Positions 32,279 through 44,402 of a stretch of 53,973 nt of DNA are shown piece by piece. Numbering within the stretch: position 1 is the stretch's first letter; each line of letters starts with the position of its first letter. The notes under the pieces were generated by a model, which had not been told where the DNA came from, searched no databases, and worked only from the letters and a program-made list of their open reading frames with translations. The stretch covers positions 1-53,973 of the forward strand of contig JAADVB010000119.1 in the NCBI GenBank assembly GCA_023334545.1. The letters run 5' to 3'. Both the position numbers and the translations under genes were made by a program. Source of the stretch: Salisapilia sapeloensis CBS 127946. Its lineage: Eukaryota; Protista; Oomycota.

Positions 32279-33607
32279 ATTGAGAACGATATTGATTCAT
32301 GTGATTCTCTGCATGCATTCTCGTTGTACCCAAGAGATATTCACAGGTCTGCTCTGTCTAACGGCCATGGCCTTCTGATAACATCAGCTCACGACGATAG
32401 AGCTAGAGCCATACATCTTTGCAAGCAGAGAGTACTCTCTAGACGATTTGTACACGTACGTCAGCTTCATTCCTCTCTTCATGTCTGGATCGTAGTGAAA
32501 GCTACGAACATAGTCGACGTGGTTTGTGGCGGGCGACGAAGACAGAACTTGTGTTGGATAGTGAAGTCATTAGTTATACGATGGTAGCCCCACATTGTGA
32601 AGCCATTTACCATCTGAGCAGATTTTCGGGAGACACTCAGCGACACAGCTTCATTCGCAGCTTGATTGTTGGTCTGTGCTTGGGCAGAAAAAGCAAGGTG
32701 GAAGAAAATGACGATTGTGCCGAATAGGTAACAGAAGAATGTAACCTTAACCGAATGTATGAGTGTCATTCCAGCTTCCATCACAGTATTGGTGTCTGTA
32801 GCTATTACCACTTTAATTGAAAAGTAGGCACGCACTCGTCACGATGGATGACCTGGCAGTTCAGTGCTATCATGTACAGTGAATAGCGTTTTGCCTCGTT
32901 ATTCGATCAAGCTTGTAGAAATACGTGGATGGATGCTTGCTCGAGCTGTATGTAGCCACGCCTGAATGCTATGCACCTCTATAAGAGATTTTCATAAAGT
33001 GAGCATGTCTTCGCTTTTATTTGTTTATAATCACCACGCGCAAACTGAAAGTAATCGGTAGGGGCAACTGTGGCCATTGCGGTAGTCTTTAAACAGAATC
33101 ACGTACTTGTTTGCATTCGTGACAAACGATAGACATGCTTTTCCAAAATGGCCAGCAGGATAGTATACGAACCTATTTAAGGACCAAGTATCAACTGGTG
33201 ACGTGGGAACTCCTAGAATAGTTTTAATAAAGCCTGTGCTCGACTACAAAATATCAATATCTACGTAGTGATGGGACTACATACAAATACATTCAATTTA
33301 AAATTTCTACGCACGGCTTCGTGTTCACAACTCTAACGTACTCTATGGATCCATATCCAGCGCAAAGATTGCAAAGGACAAAGACGAAGTCATGTCAAAT
33401 AGAGTGAAACTTGCTGCATCGTAGTCTATTTGTTCCAATGAATAGCACAATGATCAAGAGCTTGGAGCAACCATTGAATATATTAGGCATCCTTTCGATT
33501 CATCCGTGACGTGGTATTTTGAACCCTCGCGTCACCTGGGTTATGTTTCATTCGGAGAATGTAAAATAAATCCAGACGTCGTATAACTTCGCTTCAATTC
33601 ATCGAGT

Positions 33608-33913
33608 ATGCCGAGTGACGCACCTTCGCAACTCTGCTCCTACCGTGGTAAAGTTTGTACGAGCCCAAGGGCAGTAAAGAAGAATGGACGCCTGCACTCC
33701 TTATGTGAGTTCCATCGCGCGAGAGCAAATGAGAACCAGCGAAATCTTAAAATCCGTCGGCTTCGACATCGTACCTCGGCCGACTACGTCTTCACATCTT
33801 CAAACGCCAAAGAAGTTACCAAGAGGAATGAGATCGATCCACTGACTACCTCAGAGGCCTTGACACTTGAGGATGTTCGTATCCTGCAAGAGCTATTATT
33901 CAATAGGGACTGA
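33608..33913 (+). CDS. Small C3H zinc-finger-like protein, copy B
   Basis: CSYRGKVCTSPRAVKKNGRLHSLCEFHRARANENQRN with C-terminal LQELL. Confidence 0.82.
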   Translation: MPSDAPSQLCSYRGKVCTSPRAVKKNGRLHSLCEFHRARANENQRNLKIRRLRHRTSADYVFTSSNAKEVTKRNEIDPLTTSEALTLEDVRILQELLFNRD

Positions 33914-35486
33914 TCGCCATACTGAGTGAATAAGATTGCCCAATTGAGTAGTCTTTTTAACTATATTGATCTTCAGATTGCTTCTTGGCTTGGATATAAA
34001 TACATCGAGGTAGTATATAGGATACGTTGTTCTGCTTTTGCCTTTGTAATCGAAAAGCAATTTTTTGTCCTACTGGGCTAGTGCGAAGGTGATGTTCAGG
34101 ACAAATGACTTTGTTCAACAACTTATTTGCTTTTATTTATGTCTATTCCGATATGTTACAAGCGGGTAGCACTCGTCTTTATCAGTGGTTCTTGATAAGA
34201 GAAGAAGCCTCAAACAGGGTGGCTTACTTTCCTCAACTGCAAAACATGAGAAGTAGCAATATGTTAAACATGGATGAAATACTCCTGCCATCTATACAGT
34301 AGCAATGAAGTCAAAGTCTATGCGATAGCACCATCGTAGATGGTCGCTTTCGTTGAATTTAGAACAAGCTGCTTTCAGATTAAGGCCATTTACCTCATTG
34401 ACGATTTCTAGCAATCAGTTGTCGTTACTTTTAAGTTTTTATCTCTACTACTGACTGCACTTTTGTCACTTCATCCGTTACAATAACGATTCTACACCAG
34501 TCGAGTCATTCACTAGCGACGTTCGTCATCATACATACTGTACACTGGTGAACTTGGTATGCCCAGATCTTGTCGGGACCAGCGAAAGAAACAATATTGA
34601 TGGTGAGGCAAGTTTGCCTCGGTTACACTCCCTTTAAAATAAATTCAAGAGAAAAGAATAACTCTGTCAAGTAGAGGTCACCTCTACCTATATCATCGTC
34701 GTGATCTGTAAATATTGTCATGGGGAATTTCGCTGTATCGACACAAATTGAAATCCGTTGTTCTACATTGCTTCGATTTTAAGATACTTAAGATACTGAA
34801 TCTTCAATCAAAAAGCTATAAGCTTTTCGTGTTCATGGAAAATGTTCGTGTAATAGTTATCGTTACGGCTCTAAAGGACTCGTAGTGCTATATTGATGAG
34901 GCGAAAGCATCTGAACAAGTACAAAACAATAAGTCAATTTGGTCGTACCAGTGCTAGATAAGATAGTCAATCGATCTTTGTTTGATCCTTTCTCGTCCTA
35001 CTCGTCGAGTGATAGCAACAAACAACATTATAAGTATACACATCCTTTGTGTCCATAATCTTAGTCGACTAGAGTGCATAATGAATGCTTGACAACCAGC
35101 GCAAAATGCTGCGCGCCAATTGAACTCGATATACCAGAGGCGATTGAACAATGCTTGTAAGCACATAAACGTTGACTTCTCAGTTATCTAGGGCAGAATC
35201 AAAACATAAGTGGCTGTGAGACTTGGAAATGTAGGTTATAAATTACGCTCTGAGAACTATCATTAATACGACAACGACGCCAAATGCCGCTTCAAGGTAA
35301 ACTCGGCAAGCTTCAAGTTCCATCCCTCCTATCATCGTTTGCAATAATAGAGTAAAATATTCTTCTATCTTCCACCTTTCTTTCCGCCTTATCTATAAAA
35401 TCAGCTCACAAGATAATAAAGTTATTGTGTCGCTTCATCCATTATACCAAGCTCCTGACCATAACCCTGACACAACCAACGTAGCC

Positions 35487-35499
35487 AAAAAAAGAAAAA
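35487..35499 (-). terminator. Pol III oligo-T terminator of tRNA-iMet
   Basis: TTTTTCTTTTTTT on the minus strand immediately 3' of the tRNA. Confidence 0.75.
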
Positions 35500-35500
35500 G

Positions 35501-35572
35501 TAGCACTTGGTGGTTTCGATCCACCGACCTTTGGGTTATGAGCCCAACACGCTTCCCCTGCGCCAAAGTGCT
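35501..35572 (-). tRNA. Initiator tRNA-Met (anticodon CAT)
   Basis: AGCACTTTGGCGCAGGGGAAGCGTGTTGGGCTCATAACCCAAAGGTCGGTGGATCGAAACCACCAAGTGCTA: A1:U72 pair, three G:C pairs in the anticodon stem, GAUCGAAA T-loop typical of eukaryotic iMet. Confidence 0.97.
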
Positions 35573-35709
35573 TTCTTACTTTGCCACTTACTATAAACTA
35601 TATTAAGCATCTAAATATATCATTTAATAAATGTCGTAAAAGCTATTTTGGACAAATAAATTTCTTGTTATTTACATATCAAGATTTTCTATTGATATAA
35701 GTATCCTGC

Positions 35710-37871
35710 CTATGCATCCAACACATTGTGTAGTTGCTCAACAAAGTGCTGAATATCCTCCGTCTGAATCTCCATCGCTGAGCTAGTAAATCCATCCTGA
35801 CGAAAGTTCGCGCCTGCTTCCGTCGCTGCCAATCGAAACGCCGTGCCCAACGTACTATCAACATCTTATCAGTACCTCTACTAGTCTCCATATGAAACAT
35901 AAATACGTACTTGCGATGTACTTCTCCAGGAGTCGACGGACAAGTGATCCCGACGACGAGATAGCAGTTCTGAGACGGGTTCCATGTGATCAGCACCAGC
36001 GGTACAATGCTTATAGTCCGTTCTTCTCCATCCTCTTGCGTCTTTCCTCCCCACTTACCGCTTCCACGATGAACATTCAGAAGGAAGAGAGATAGCTGGG
36101 TCAAGACGTCCGCACTTGCAAAGAGCTCTTGGTCTTTATCACTCACCTCTAGACACACATACCGAAAGTGCTTCACACGTACAATCAACTTGCGTTCAAG
36201 CACGGATACACCAACACGTACGATAGCTTTCTTTAACGCCATGCTCACGTTGACGCCACTCTCCATCAAATGAGCAGACTCGACATCGTGACAGGTCAAT
36301 GCGTTTTGAGCCAAGTAAAAGTTGGGTGCTTTATCCGGCGTCAAGGAGCTTTCGGCTGACGAGAGGAAGCGATCCCATGCACCGGCAACGTCGTGATGTT
36401 TATTCTGATGCGCTTGAGATTGGAAAATGGATGAGATGTAGGAAGCTGGGGCTTCCAAAAGTGCCTGTAGTCCGTACACAGCGTCAGCAGCGCTTAATTC
36501 GAAGTGGAAGGCAAGTTGTCGGACGAAGGAGTCGTAGAGCAAGTCGTCTAGTCCAAAGTCAGGTGCGATTTCTTCAGCTTGTCTCTTTAGCTTTTGTTTC
36601 ATCGTCAATGGCATGTACGAGAATCGCTGTTGACTCTGGCGGAGGGAGAAACCCATGCGAGCTAAAAGGACGTGGAGCGATGTATCTCCATCTGATGCAG
36701 TTCCGATGCGCAATCGGTGTGCATGGTCTTGGTACAGTCCGAGTTTGGAAGCAACATAGTCCGAGTAGTACATGGAGTCGTAGAGAGACCAGTGACGATG
36801 ACACATGAAGCGAAAGTCTTCTTCTGCCGCGATACGACCATGGGAATATCCTGGGTTAGTTACTTCGTCCGTATAGCTCTGCGTAGCCGTTTGAGATGGA
36901 GGATCGACGGCTAGTAGCTCTTCACGGAAATATTGGGCTAGCAGGGCGTAATTGTCTTCATCAATTTGCTCCAGAATGAATTGCTTGGTAAGTCCAATCA
37001 TTGCGAACCATAAGAGATCACGATGAGCACCATTCATCTGTTGCGCTAGCTCGTACGCTACAGAAGCCGCTGGCGCTCCGTAGAAGGAGCCACGGTAGTA
37101 CTCCAAAAGCTCTGTTCGACGTTTACGCTTGGCTTCTTTATTCGATACTTGCGCAGTCTCTTCCTGCGATGCTGCTTCTGTGTCCTCAGTTGCTTTTTCA
37201 TCCTGAGCTTCCGTTTCCATTCCTGCATCGATTTCAGTATCATTCTCAGTAGATTTATCTGCTTCAGGCGGTTGATTTTCCTTATCAACGGCTTCAGCTA
37301 GGTTTTCGGAAAAGTCGACTTCTTCTTCATCGGAGGATTCGTTCATGTCTTCTCTATCATTGTCGTTCTCATCTTCACTTTCGCTTTCATCTTCTGACAT
37401 GTCTTCATCCTTCTCCTCCTCCTCTTCTTCAATATCCGAGCCATCCGCAGGAAAATCATCAATATTTTGTGCGCCATCGTCAAACACGACGATCTGTTGG
37501 TCGTTGTCATAGATGTTGGTCAAGTGTATCGGACGATGACTGTCCAGCACATACAACTTGACTTGCGGCGGTGGAGAAAGTAGCCTAGTAAGATTCACAA
37601 GCGCCCCGCAGTTGACAAAAACAACTGATCGTAGCTCTTCCGAGTTCTTCAAGTGCGTTTCTGCAACTCTTGCAATATCTGAGTAGCCTCGTACAGGTAC
37701 TAGCGTATAGCTAATAAAATCTGTGCGTAGCAATCGCGTCAATATATTGCTTGCGCACAGTCCATCCACATCTTGTGCGACGAGCACAAGCACACTCGAG
37801 CCACCACTTTGCAAAGCTGCATGTTTAATCTGGCCGTACGCAATGTGAAAATCAGAGCGTGGCCAGAGCAT
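35710..37871 (-). CDS. CDC45: Replicative helicase cofactor CDC45 (one intron near the 3' end)
   Basis: DVDGLCA, DSHRPIHLTNIY, acidic insert, LRHWSL-like MCHRHWSLYDSM, LLARMG. Spliced C-terminus NTLGTAFRLAA...FRQDGFTSS...HFVEQL. Confidence 0.95.
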
Positions 37872-38050
37872 ACTAGTACAAAAAGAATAAACGCTCTTGT
37901 CTTGAACGTCAACAAGGGAAAGAAGTTGCTCTTGCGTCCGTGGCGGGAAATTGAAAAATGACGCGGGAAAAAGTTGCCGTTGTGGATAACAGTTAGAAAT
38001 CGTTAACTGTTATAAAACGCACACTAGCAAGGACGAGAATTCGATTGGAG

Positions 38051-39059
38051 ATGATGAAGCGACTTGCTGGTCGTATTGGACGCTTGCAAAGGCATCAACT
38101 TGGACGAAAGACTGTTCAAGTAGGTCTGACGAAAAGATGCAATTCACCTATGCAACAATTAGTTGCATTGCAATCTCAAGTGCCAATGCAGAGACAGTAT
38201 CATGCCACTCGAACGCTATTGACAGATTCCGAGGATCAAGAAACGTACTTGGGTGTCACGTACGATGAAACCAAAGTGAAGAAATACACTGCTGAATTGG
38301 AACTCGATGACCATATTATCAATGGTGGTGACTTTTGGACGGCTATGGATGCAGCAAAAGCTTACGATGAACTCGTCGAGCTCTATTGCGACTACGATAC
38401 ACCTCGCAACTTTCCCATTGGATCGGACTTGAGCTCCCAATCCAGTTCTGTGGATGCACCTTCGACGGAATGGGAAACCCCTGACGTCGGACGTCGTAAC
38501 GCTGATATCATTCCACCCATCCCACAGTACGTTCCTCCTCTCCTCCTCCTTCATCACCATCTAATCCAACACGAATAGAACCTACTTGACACTTGAGGAA
38601 GTGCTGTCTGCCTTGGAGCGTGAGAAAGCTATCGACGTGTATACAGTCGACTTGGCTGGTAAGTCCAGTCTGGCCGATTACATGATCTTTACGACGGGAC
38701 GCTCTCAAGGCCACATGCGTCGACTAGCAGACATGTTAATCCAGTCGATGCGTGCTCGGAACCTTTCGGACGACTTTGAATACAGCGTCGAAGGTCGTGA
38801 CACGGACGACTGGATGATCGCAGACTGTAACAACATCGTCGTACACTTTATGCAAGCCGAGACGCGTCGGATACTCAATCTAGAGGATCATTGGGAGAAC
38901 ATGGTAGACGATAAGCATCGTATCTATGGTGACATGACGGAAGACGAGTACATGGACAAATTCGGGACGAGTGAACTAATGGAGTATGTCGATGATGAAG
39001 ATCATCCGGCGAGCGTCTCGGACTTTGAAAAGCAAGAACCAGATATGGATTGGAAATAA
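38051..39059 (+). CDS. MALSU1: Ribosome silencing factor RsfS/Iojap (mitochondrial MALSU1-like), intron about 38526-38580
   Basis: ADYMIFTTGRSQGHM, VEGRDTDDWMIADCNNIVVHFMQAETRRILNLEDHW; presequence in exon 1. Confidence 0.88.
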
Positions 39060-39086
39060 AACTCTGCTGTTTTACCCTCGAGCATG

Positions 39087-40151
39087 CTATGCTTCGGATT
39101 TATCATCTAGATTCTGAGAATTGCTATGCACAGGCACAGGGACCGAATAGATGTAGACGCCAGATGCGACGCATCCAACAGCCACGATCGTGGATAGCGG
39201 AATAGGAGCACTGAAGAGCACAGCAGCTAAGAGCGGTAGCGCCACGAGTTCCAATGCACTTGCAATCGCCTTTCGGACACTGTCGAGGAGCTTGAGGAAG
39301 AGGCCGGTGACGACGCCGATGAAGGACATGATGAGGACCATGGGGAGGACGTAGACTGTAAAGAGTCGCTGCCAATTGGACCAGGTGAATGCCTCCTCCA
39401 TCGTCTGACCTGTGAGGCCAAACGCGAGCATGCACATGGTACAGATGATCGAGTCGATGTACATGAAGACGTTTTGGAGGTTAACCGAGACATTCGGTTG
39501 GTGTTTTAACAGAGCTTCATTGTAGACACCAGCAAAGGTGCTACTAAGGAGTTGGATGAAAAGCAAGATGTAGGCCATAAAATCAACCGTGGCTGGTTCA
39601 TTCTCCGATCGACGTTCGGCGGTGGCACCAAGCGTCTTGATCGTGCATCCAAATGTGATGACGAAGAGAGAGAGCCATTGGTTTCGATTGAGTTTCCGGT
39701 CGAACATGAGCTGATGGAGCAAACCGGTGATGACGAGACGGAATTGGAGGAGAAGGAAGTAGGTGGATGCGTCAAAACGACGCAGGTTGGCGTATGCCAG
39801 GACATCGTAGAGGACGTAGAGACCGGAGGGGACGAGGTATCGCAGTAATAAGTTTTTGTTCTCTCGAAATTGATGGAAAAAGACAGAGAACCGTTGAACC
39901 CAGGTGAGACGTGACACCCGAGTCTTACTGGGCAGCACTGGTGCGATGGCAGTGGTGTCGGACGAGAGGAAGAGGTAGCTAGCGATACACAGCTTGATGA
40001 TCGACTGCAGCACGACGGCAGCGGTGGAGTTGAAATGAACGTCGTTGCGTTTCGCCAGCTCATTCAAGAGACCGTAGCTGACCCATAGCATCATGTACGT
40101 GATGAAGACGAGGCGCTGGGCAGCAGTGTCAAGGCCTAGTACGCTCGACAT
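39087..40151 (-). CDS. SLC35A-family nucleotide-sugar transporter
   Basis: YLVPSGLYVLYDVLAY, STFAGVYNEALLK, QNVFMY, VVTGLFLKLLDSVRK; multiple TM helices. Confidence 0.92.
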   Translation of the reverse strand: MSSVLGLDTAAQRLVFITYMMLWVSYGLLNELAKRNDVHFNSTAAVVLQSIIKLCIASYLFLSSDTTAIAPVLPSKTRVSRLTWVQRFSVFFHQFRENKNLLLRYLVPSGLYVLYDVLAYANLRRFDASTYFLLLQFRLVITGLLHQLMFDRKLNRNQWLSLFVITFGCTIKTLGATAERRSENEPATVDFMAYILLFIQLLSSTFAGVYNEALLKHQPNVSVNLQNVFMYIDSIICTMCMLAFGLTGQTMEEAFTWSNWQRLFTVYVLPMVLIMSFIGVVTGLFLKLLDSVRKAIASALELVALPLLAAVLFSAPIPLSTIVAVGCVASGVYIYSVPVPVHSNSQNLDDKSEA

Positions 40152-40807
40152 GATCCAATTTGATTGTATTCGACGACAAGGGCGAAAGGAACGCTCGAGA
40201 TGAAAGGAGCACCGTAGAGAGGGTGCAAAATTCTAGTGCGATGTCAACAACAGGCGTAATCGTTGTGCACGAGTGACAGGCTCGAGGAAAGTAGGTGGGC
40301 TATTCCGAAAAAAATCACTCTTGTCGTCGCGTGGTAGGTACAATCGTGGTACACCAGGCACGACTAAGATTTGCAAGTGTGGGTTGTTCGCGTCCAGGGA
40401 AGATGTAGCGATGGTATACAGATATTTTTAGCAAGTTACCAAGTATAGGAATAGCAATGGATGTAGCATCGAAAGTAGGATATGATAAGATTCTTGCTAT
40501 TTTAAATCGGATGCGTCAAATATTTGGAAGATGTGTACTTTTGATTTTGGGTGTACGCGCTCATGTTCAGATCGTATGCTCATCTACCCGCAATGTGTTG
40601 TGCGCTCGCCAATGAGGCAATGCGCTTGGCGGTAGTAGCTGGCTTCAAGCAGATTACCAGGTCGTGACGCGCCCTGGTGATGCGATCTAATGCATTTACA
40701 CCAATCATACACTATCCTATATAATTTCTACCAATGAGAAAGTGTCAAGTGCTTATACGACTACCATCCGCCTAACGCGTCACTCTCCCTTTCGTCCCCC
40801 CAGCACC

Positions 40808-42310
40808 ATGTCCGACTCCTCCAAGCCGTCCATTGCACGCCGCGATTCTCGCATGTCCGTTGATGCTATGCTGAAAGATGCTTTTAATCGAGTGGATCAG
40901 GATCAGGATGGTATCGTGAACCACTTCGACATCGACAAAGCGCTTCGGTCCGCTGGCTGTCGCTTTTCGACGGACGAAATGGCGACGTTAATGCACCGGA
41001 TCGATCCGCATAACAATGGCAAAGTCACTTTTGAAGATTTTAAGGCCCTTCACGAAGCCTTTATCGACCGTACATTCCATGATTTCGATCCGTCCAATCG
41101 CGGGTACGTCGATGACCAAGGTCTGCAGGAAGGTTTGCGTCAATTAGGTGTCCAAGTGACATTGGAAGAAGCGCAGAGTATGCTCCAGCAGCTCCAAAAG
41201 TCGGATGAAAACCAACAGCTTCGTCTTCGACCAGATGAATTCAAAGACCTGTATCTGATTCTCCGAGCTAAGATGCTGTCGTTCCCGAATCTCGAGTACC
41301 TCTTGTGGGATCCAAACGTCCGGGAGTTGTCCAAGCACTGGTGGAAAGCCAGTGTCGAAATCGGCGAAGGTGGATTGCGTGCACCTTTGCCAGAAGACAA
41401 GCCGCTGGTGTCGCCAGCGCCTCAAAACGACGCGACCAAGGTGTCTCCGACCGTTAAATTCTTTGGTGGCGCCTTGTCTGGTGTCGTTGAAGCTCTCATC
41501 TTAACTCCTCTGGACGTTACCAAGACGAGGTTGCAACTCGATAAGATTAAACAGTACAATGGCATGCTCGACTGTGGTAAGAAGCTGTTCAAGGCTGAAG
41601 GGCCCAAGGGTTTGTACAAGGGTTTCACGCCCTGGACCATCCACGTCGTAACCAAGAACGGTACGCGCTTCTACTTTAACGCCATCTATCGAAAGCTACT
41701 TGCGGATAAACATGGACAAGTGAGTGGCTCGAAGGAGTTCGTGGCAGGTGCCATGGCTGGTGCGACGGAAGCCGTGCTCATCGTCACGCCGTTCGAAGTC
41801 GTGAAAACGAGATTGCAAGGACAGAACATTGTCGCGGGGGAAGTACCAAAGTATCGTGGTCCGATCCATACGACAGCGACGATTATCAAGCAGGAGGGCG
41901 TGACAGCCTTGTGGAAGGGTGTGTCGCCAACGATCTTCCGACAGGGACTGAATCAAGCATGCAGCTTCTGGTCGAATACGTTCGTGAAGAGGTACGTCTG
42001 GAAGGTGCAGGATGGAGACCACCTTCCGGCGTGGAAGAGTGTCTTGACAGGTATGATGGGTGGTGTCCCAGGTCCGTGCATCAACTGTCCGATGGACGTT
42101 GTCAAGACGCGGTTGATGGCGCAGGAGACGATTGCTGGACAGGCACCCAAGTACAGTGGTATGGTGAACGCACTGACGACGATTCCGAAGGAAGAAGGCG
42201 TGTTGGCCTTGTACAAAGGCTTGGGTCCTCGTCTCATGCGTCTCTGTCCGTCATACGGCATCCAGTGGCTTGTTATGGACCAAGTGTCTGCCTACTTTGC
42301 CCGCAAGTAA
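40808..42310 (+). CDS. Mitochondrial carrier (succinate/fumarate SFC1-like) with N-terminal EF-hand domain
   Basis: EF loops DQDQDGIVNHFD, DPHNNGKVTFED, DPSNRGYVDDQG; three carrier signatures PLDVTKTRLQ, PFEVVKTRLQ, PMDVVKTRLM. Confidence 0.9.
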   Translation: MSDSSKPSIARRDSRMSVDAMLKDAFNRVDQDQDGIVNHFDIDKALRSAGCRFSTDEMATLMHRIDPHNNGKVTFEDFKALHEAFIDRTFHDFDPSNRGYVDDQGLQEGLRQLGVQVTLEEAQSMLQQLQKSDENQQLRLRPDEFKDLYLILRAKMLSFPNLEYLLWDPNVRELSKHWWKASVEIGEGGLRAPLPEDKPLVSPAPQNDATKVSPTVKFFGGALSGVVEALILTPLDVTKTRLQLDKIKQYNGMLDCGKKLFKAEGPKGLYKGFTPWTIHVVTKNGTRFYFNAIYRKLLADKHGQVSGSKEFVAGAMAGATEAVLIVTPFEVVKTRLQGQNIVAGEVPKYRGPIHTTATIIKQEGVTALWKGVSPTIFRQGLNQACSFWSNTFVKRYVWKVQDGDHLPAWKSVLTGMMGGVPGPCINCPMDVVKTRLMAQETIAGQAPKYSGMVNALTTIPKEEGVLALYKGLGPRLMRLCPSYGIQWLVMDQVSAYFARK

Positions 42311-42384
42311 GTTGTCAAAAGGATACAGTGTAGCTAGCATCAAAGATAAAGACATGAACAAAGAGATATGTTTCCACGTCTTTT

Positions 42385-44149
42385 TTATTCATTTCTTGAT
42401 AAGAAGTAGAGATCTAGTGTCTGTGGCGCAGACATGTCCATGTCTTCTGTCGATATGTGTGGAGAGCAGCCTCCTATGTATGTGATCTGGACGTCGCTGG
42501 TGTGTACATCGTCGAGTGTCTTGGATAGCGGGATGGAAGCGGGGGTGATGACGTACATTGGATGTTCGTCATGAGTTACAAAATGAGCAGCAACGACACT
42601 TTCCAGTACGCGTGTATCACCTCCAACGTCCGATACGTTCGTTTGGTCTAGTATGGATGAGAGGAGGAAGCGAGGTGGCATGTACGTCTTGTAGAAGACC
42701 AAGGTGGATGCTAGTTCGACGGTATTAGTAAAGCTACAGGACGCTGGGAGAGTTGATGGGAGGGTGAGATGGCTGGATAGTGCCAGCAGCATGGGTATGA
42801 TACCACCTTGATGCAAGTATCCGTAGAAGACAAGTACGACTGCATTAAAGACGATGGAGAAGATTGCCATTGCCTTGCTGCTAGGACGGTAGAAGAGGTG
42901 GAGAGGGACGAGTAGTGGGAGTAGGAAGCGAGCTTCTTGATGAGGAGCAATGGAGAGGCAGAGGAGAGGGAAGAGGATGGAAGAGAGGGTAAAGACGGTT
43001 GGGAGGGAGGATGCTTTCGAGTGGAAGAGTACGAGTGGACCGAAGAGGAGAGGCATATTGACGACTGCGTGGGTAAAGCGAGGATGGACGCCATGAAGCT
43101 CCAGGTTATCATACTTGGTGTTGTAGAGGAAATTGTTGTAGGGTGCGATTACAAGGCCTTGGAATGTCGTTGGGAAGGATGCAAAGTACCAAGTATCCAA
43201 CGTCACAATGAGGCTTGAAACTAGGAGGAAGGAGAGAAGGCCCTGCAAGCCGGTGAGGACAACATTTCCTAGTCGAGACATGGTAGACGCCGACGTCTTC
43301 TTTGTCCATGCAGCGACATAGAGCTGGTCTTGGGTATGAACAAGATAAATGCCAAGCGGGAAGAAGAAGAAAATGAACGTAAAACGGGTGAAGAAGCCAA
43401 TAGCGAGGAGACAGCCGAGGACACTTGTCTGTTGATGGAGGCAACCAAAAAGAAGACGCTTGTGCTACTTTTGATTGAGTAAAATAGTTGTGATCATGAG
43501 TATGATGCAAACTTACAGGATTGAGGAGGAAGAGAGCAGCTAGGGAGAGTGTGAAGATAAAAGTCTCGAACGTATTGGAAAAGGGCCTGGTCAACAGAAG
43601 TAGAACAGGCCAGCTGCTTGCGTACAAAAGCAGCGTCCGGAAGGCGCTTGTCGTCTGCAGTTTCCTTGCCAGGCAATACATGAGGCAATCTATTACGCAG
43701 TTTAATATGGTGCTAACTGAGATTTTGTAATAGTTTAGTACCAGTAAGTAAAGAGAGAACGAAGAGGAGTAGTCTTGGGGCAATGAGTAAAAGATATCCA
43801 TCAGAGGCGAGTCCGAGACTTGCCAAGACTTTGTATGGTAGTCCTGCAACGATCATGCTAAGAATATTAAGTGCCATTAAATATGTATACAAACGGCGTA
43901 GTGGTATATGAGTTAAAAGGAATAGTACGGGAAGAGAATGGATCGATTGGGTGACGCAGGATCAAATTCCCATGGCGTAAAAAGCTTCGAAGCTTGGGTT
44001 TCAGAAATAAAATGGCGTGCCATGATCTCCTGACTTTGAAAAAACTCATCCGGGTGTATCATACCCGTGGAGGATATGCACACACCCAGTCGTATCAGCA
44101 AAAGTACGCCATAAAGTAGCTTCTCGGACATTTCGATTGTTCGTGTCAT
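42385..44149 (-). CDS. PIGZ: GPI mannosyltransferase 4 (PIG-Z/Smp3), multi-exon
   Basis: GMIHPDEFFQSQE, PWEF...RSILFP, TRPFSNTFET, NLELHGVHPRFTH, PHQEARFLLPL, GYLHQGGIIP. Confidence 0.9.
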
Positions 44150-44402
44150 GCTATTGTGTCCAAAAGTCGTATACTTTACAAAAATACCATCTTCAAGTCG
44201 AGCACATTTGTACTTATTTCAACAATTATATTATTTTGTATACACTTGAACTTCATATATAGTCTTAAAAAGCAAAATAATAACTTTTATAGCCTGGATT
44301 TACACTCTTTTGGCGGGAAGCTCACGATACAATCGAGCATTGGAAGGCGACGAGTGAACCGCCCGTAGGAGACATCAGGAACTACTAATTGAACGAACGA
44401 GC

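Noticed and set aside
32340-32835. 118-aa minus-strand ORF with a hydrophobic stretch
   Set aside because: No recognisable family, and it breaks into stops downstream; cannot distinguish a gene remnant from noise.
40560-40740. Hairpin (TTACCAGG...CCTGGTGA) and CCAAT motifs upstream of the carrier, considered as a TPP riboswitch or ncRNA
   Set aside because: Lacks the TPP core motifs (CUGAGA, ACCUGAU); more likely ordinary promoter sequence.
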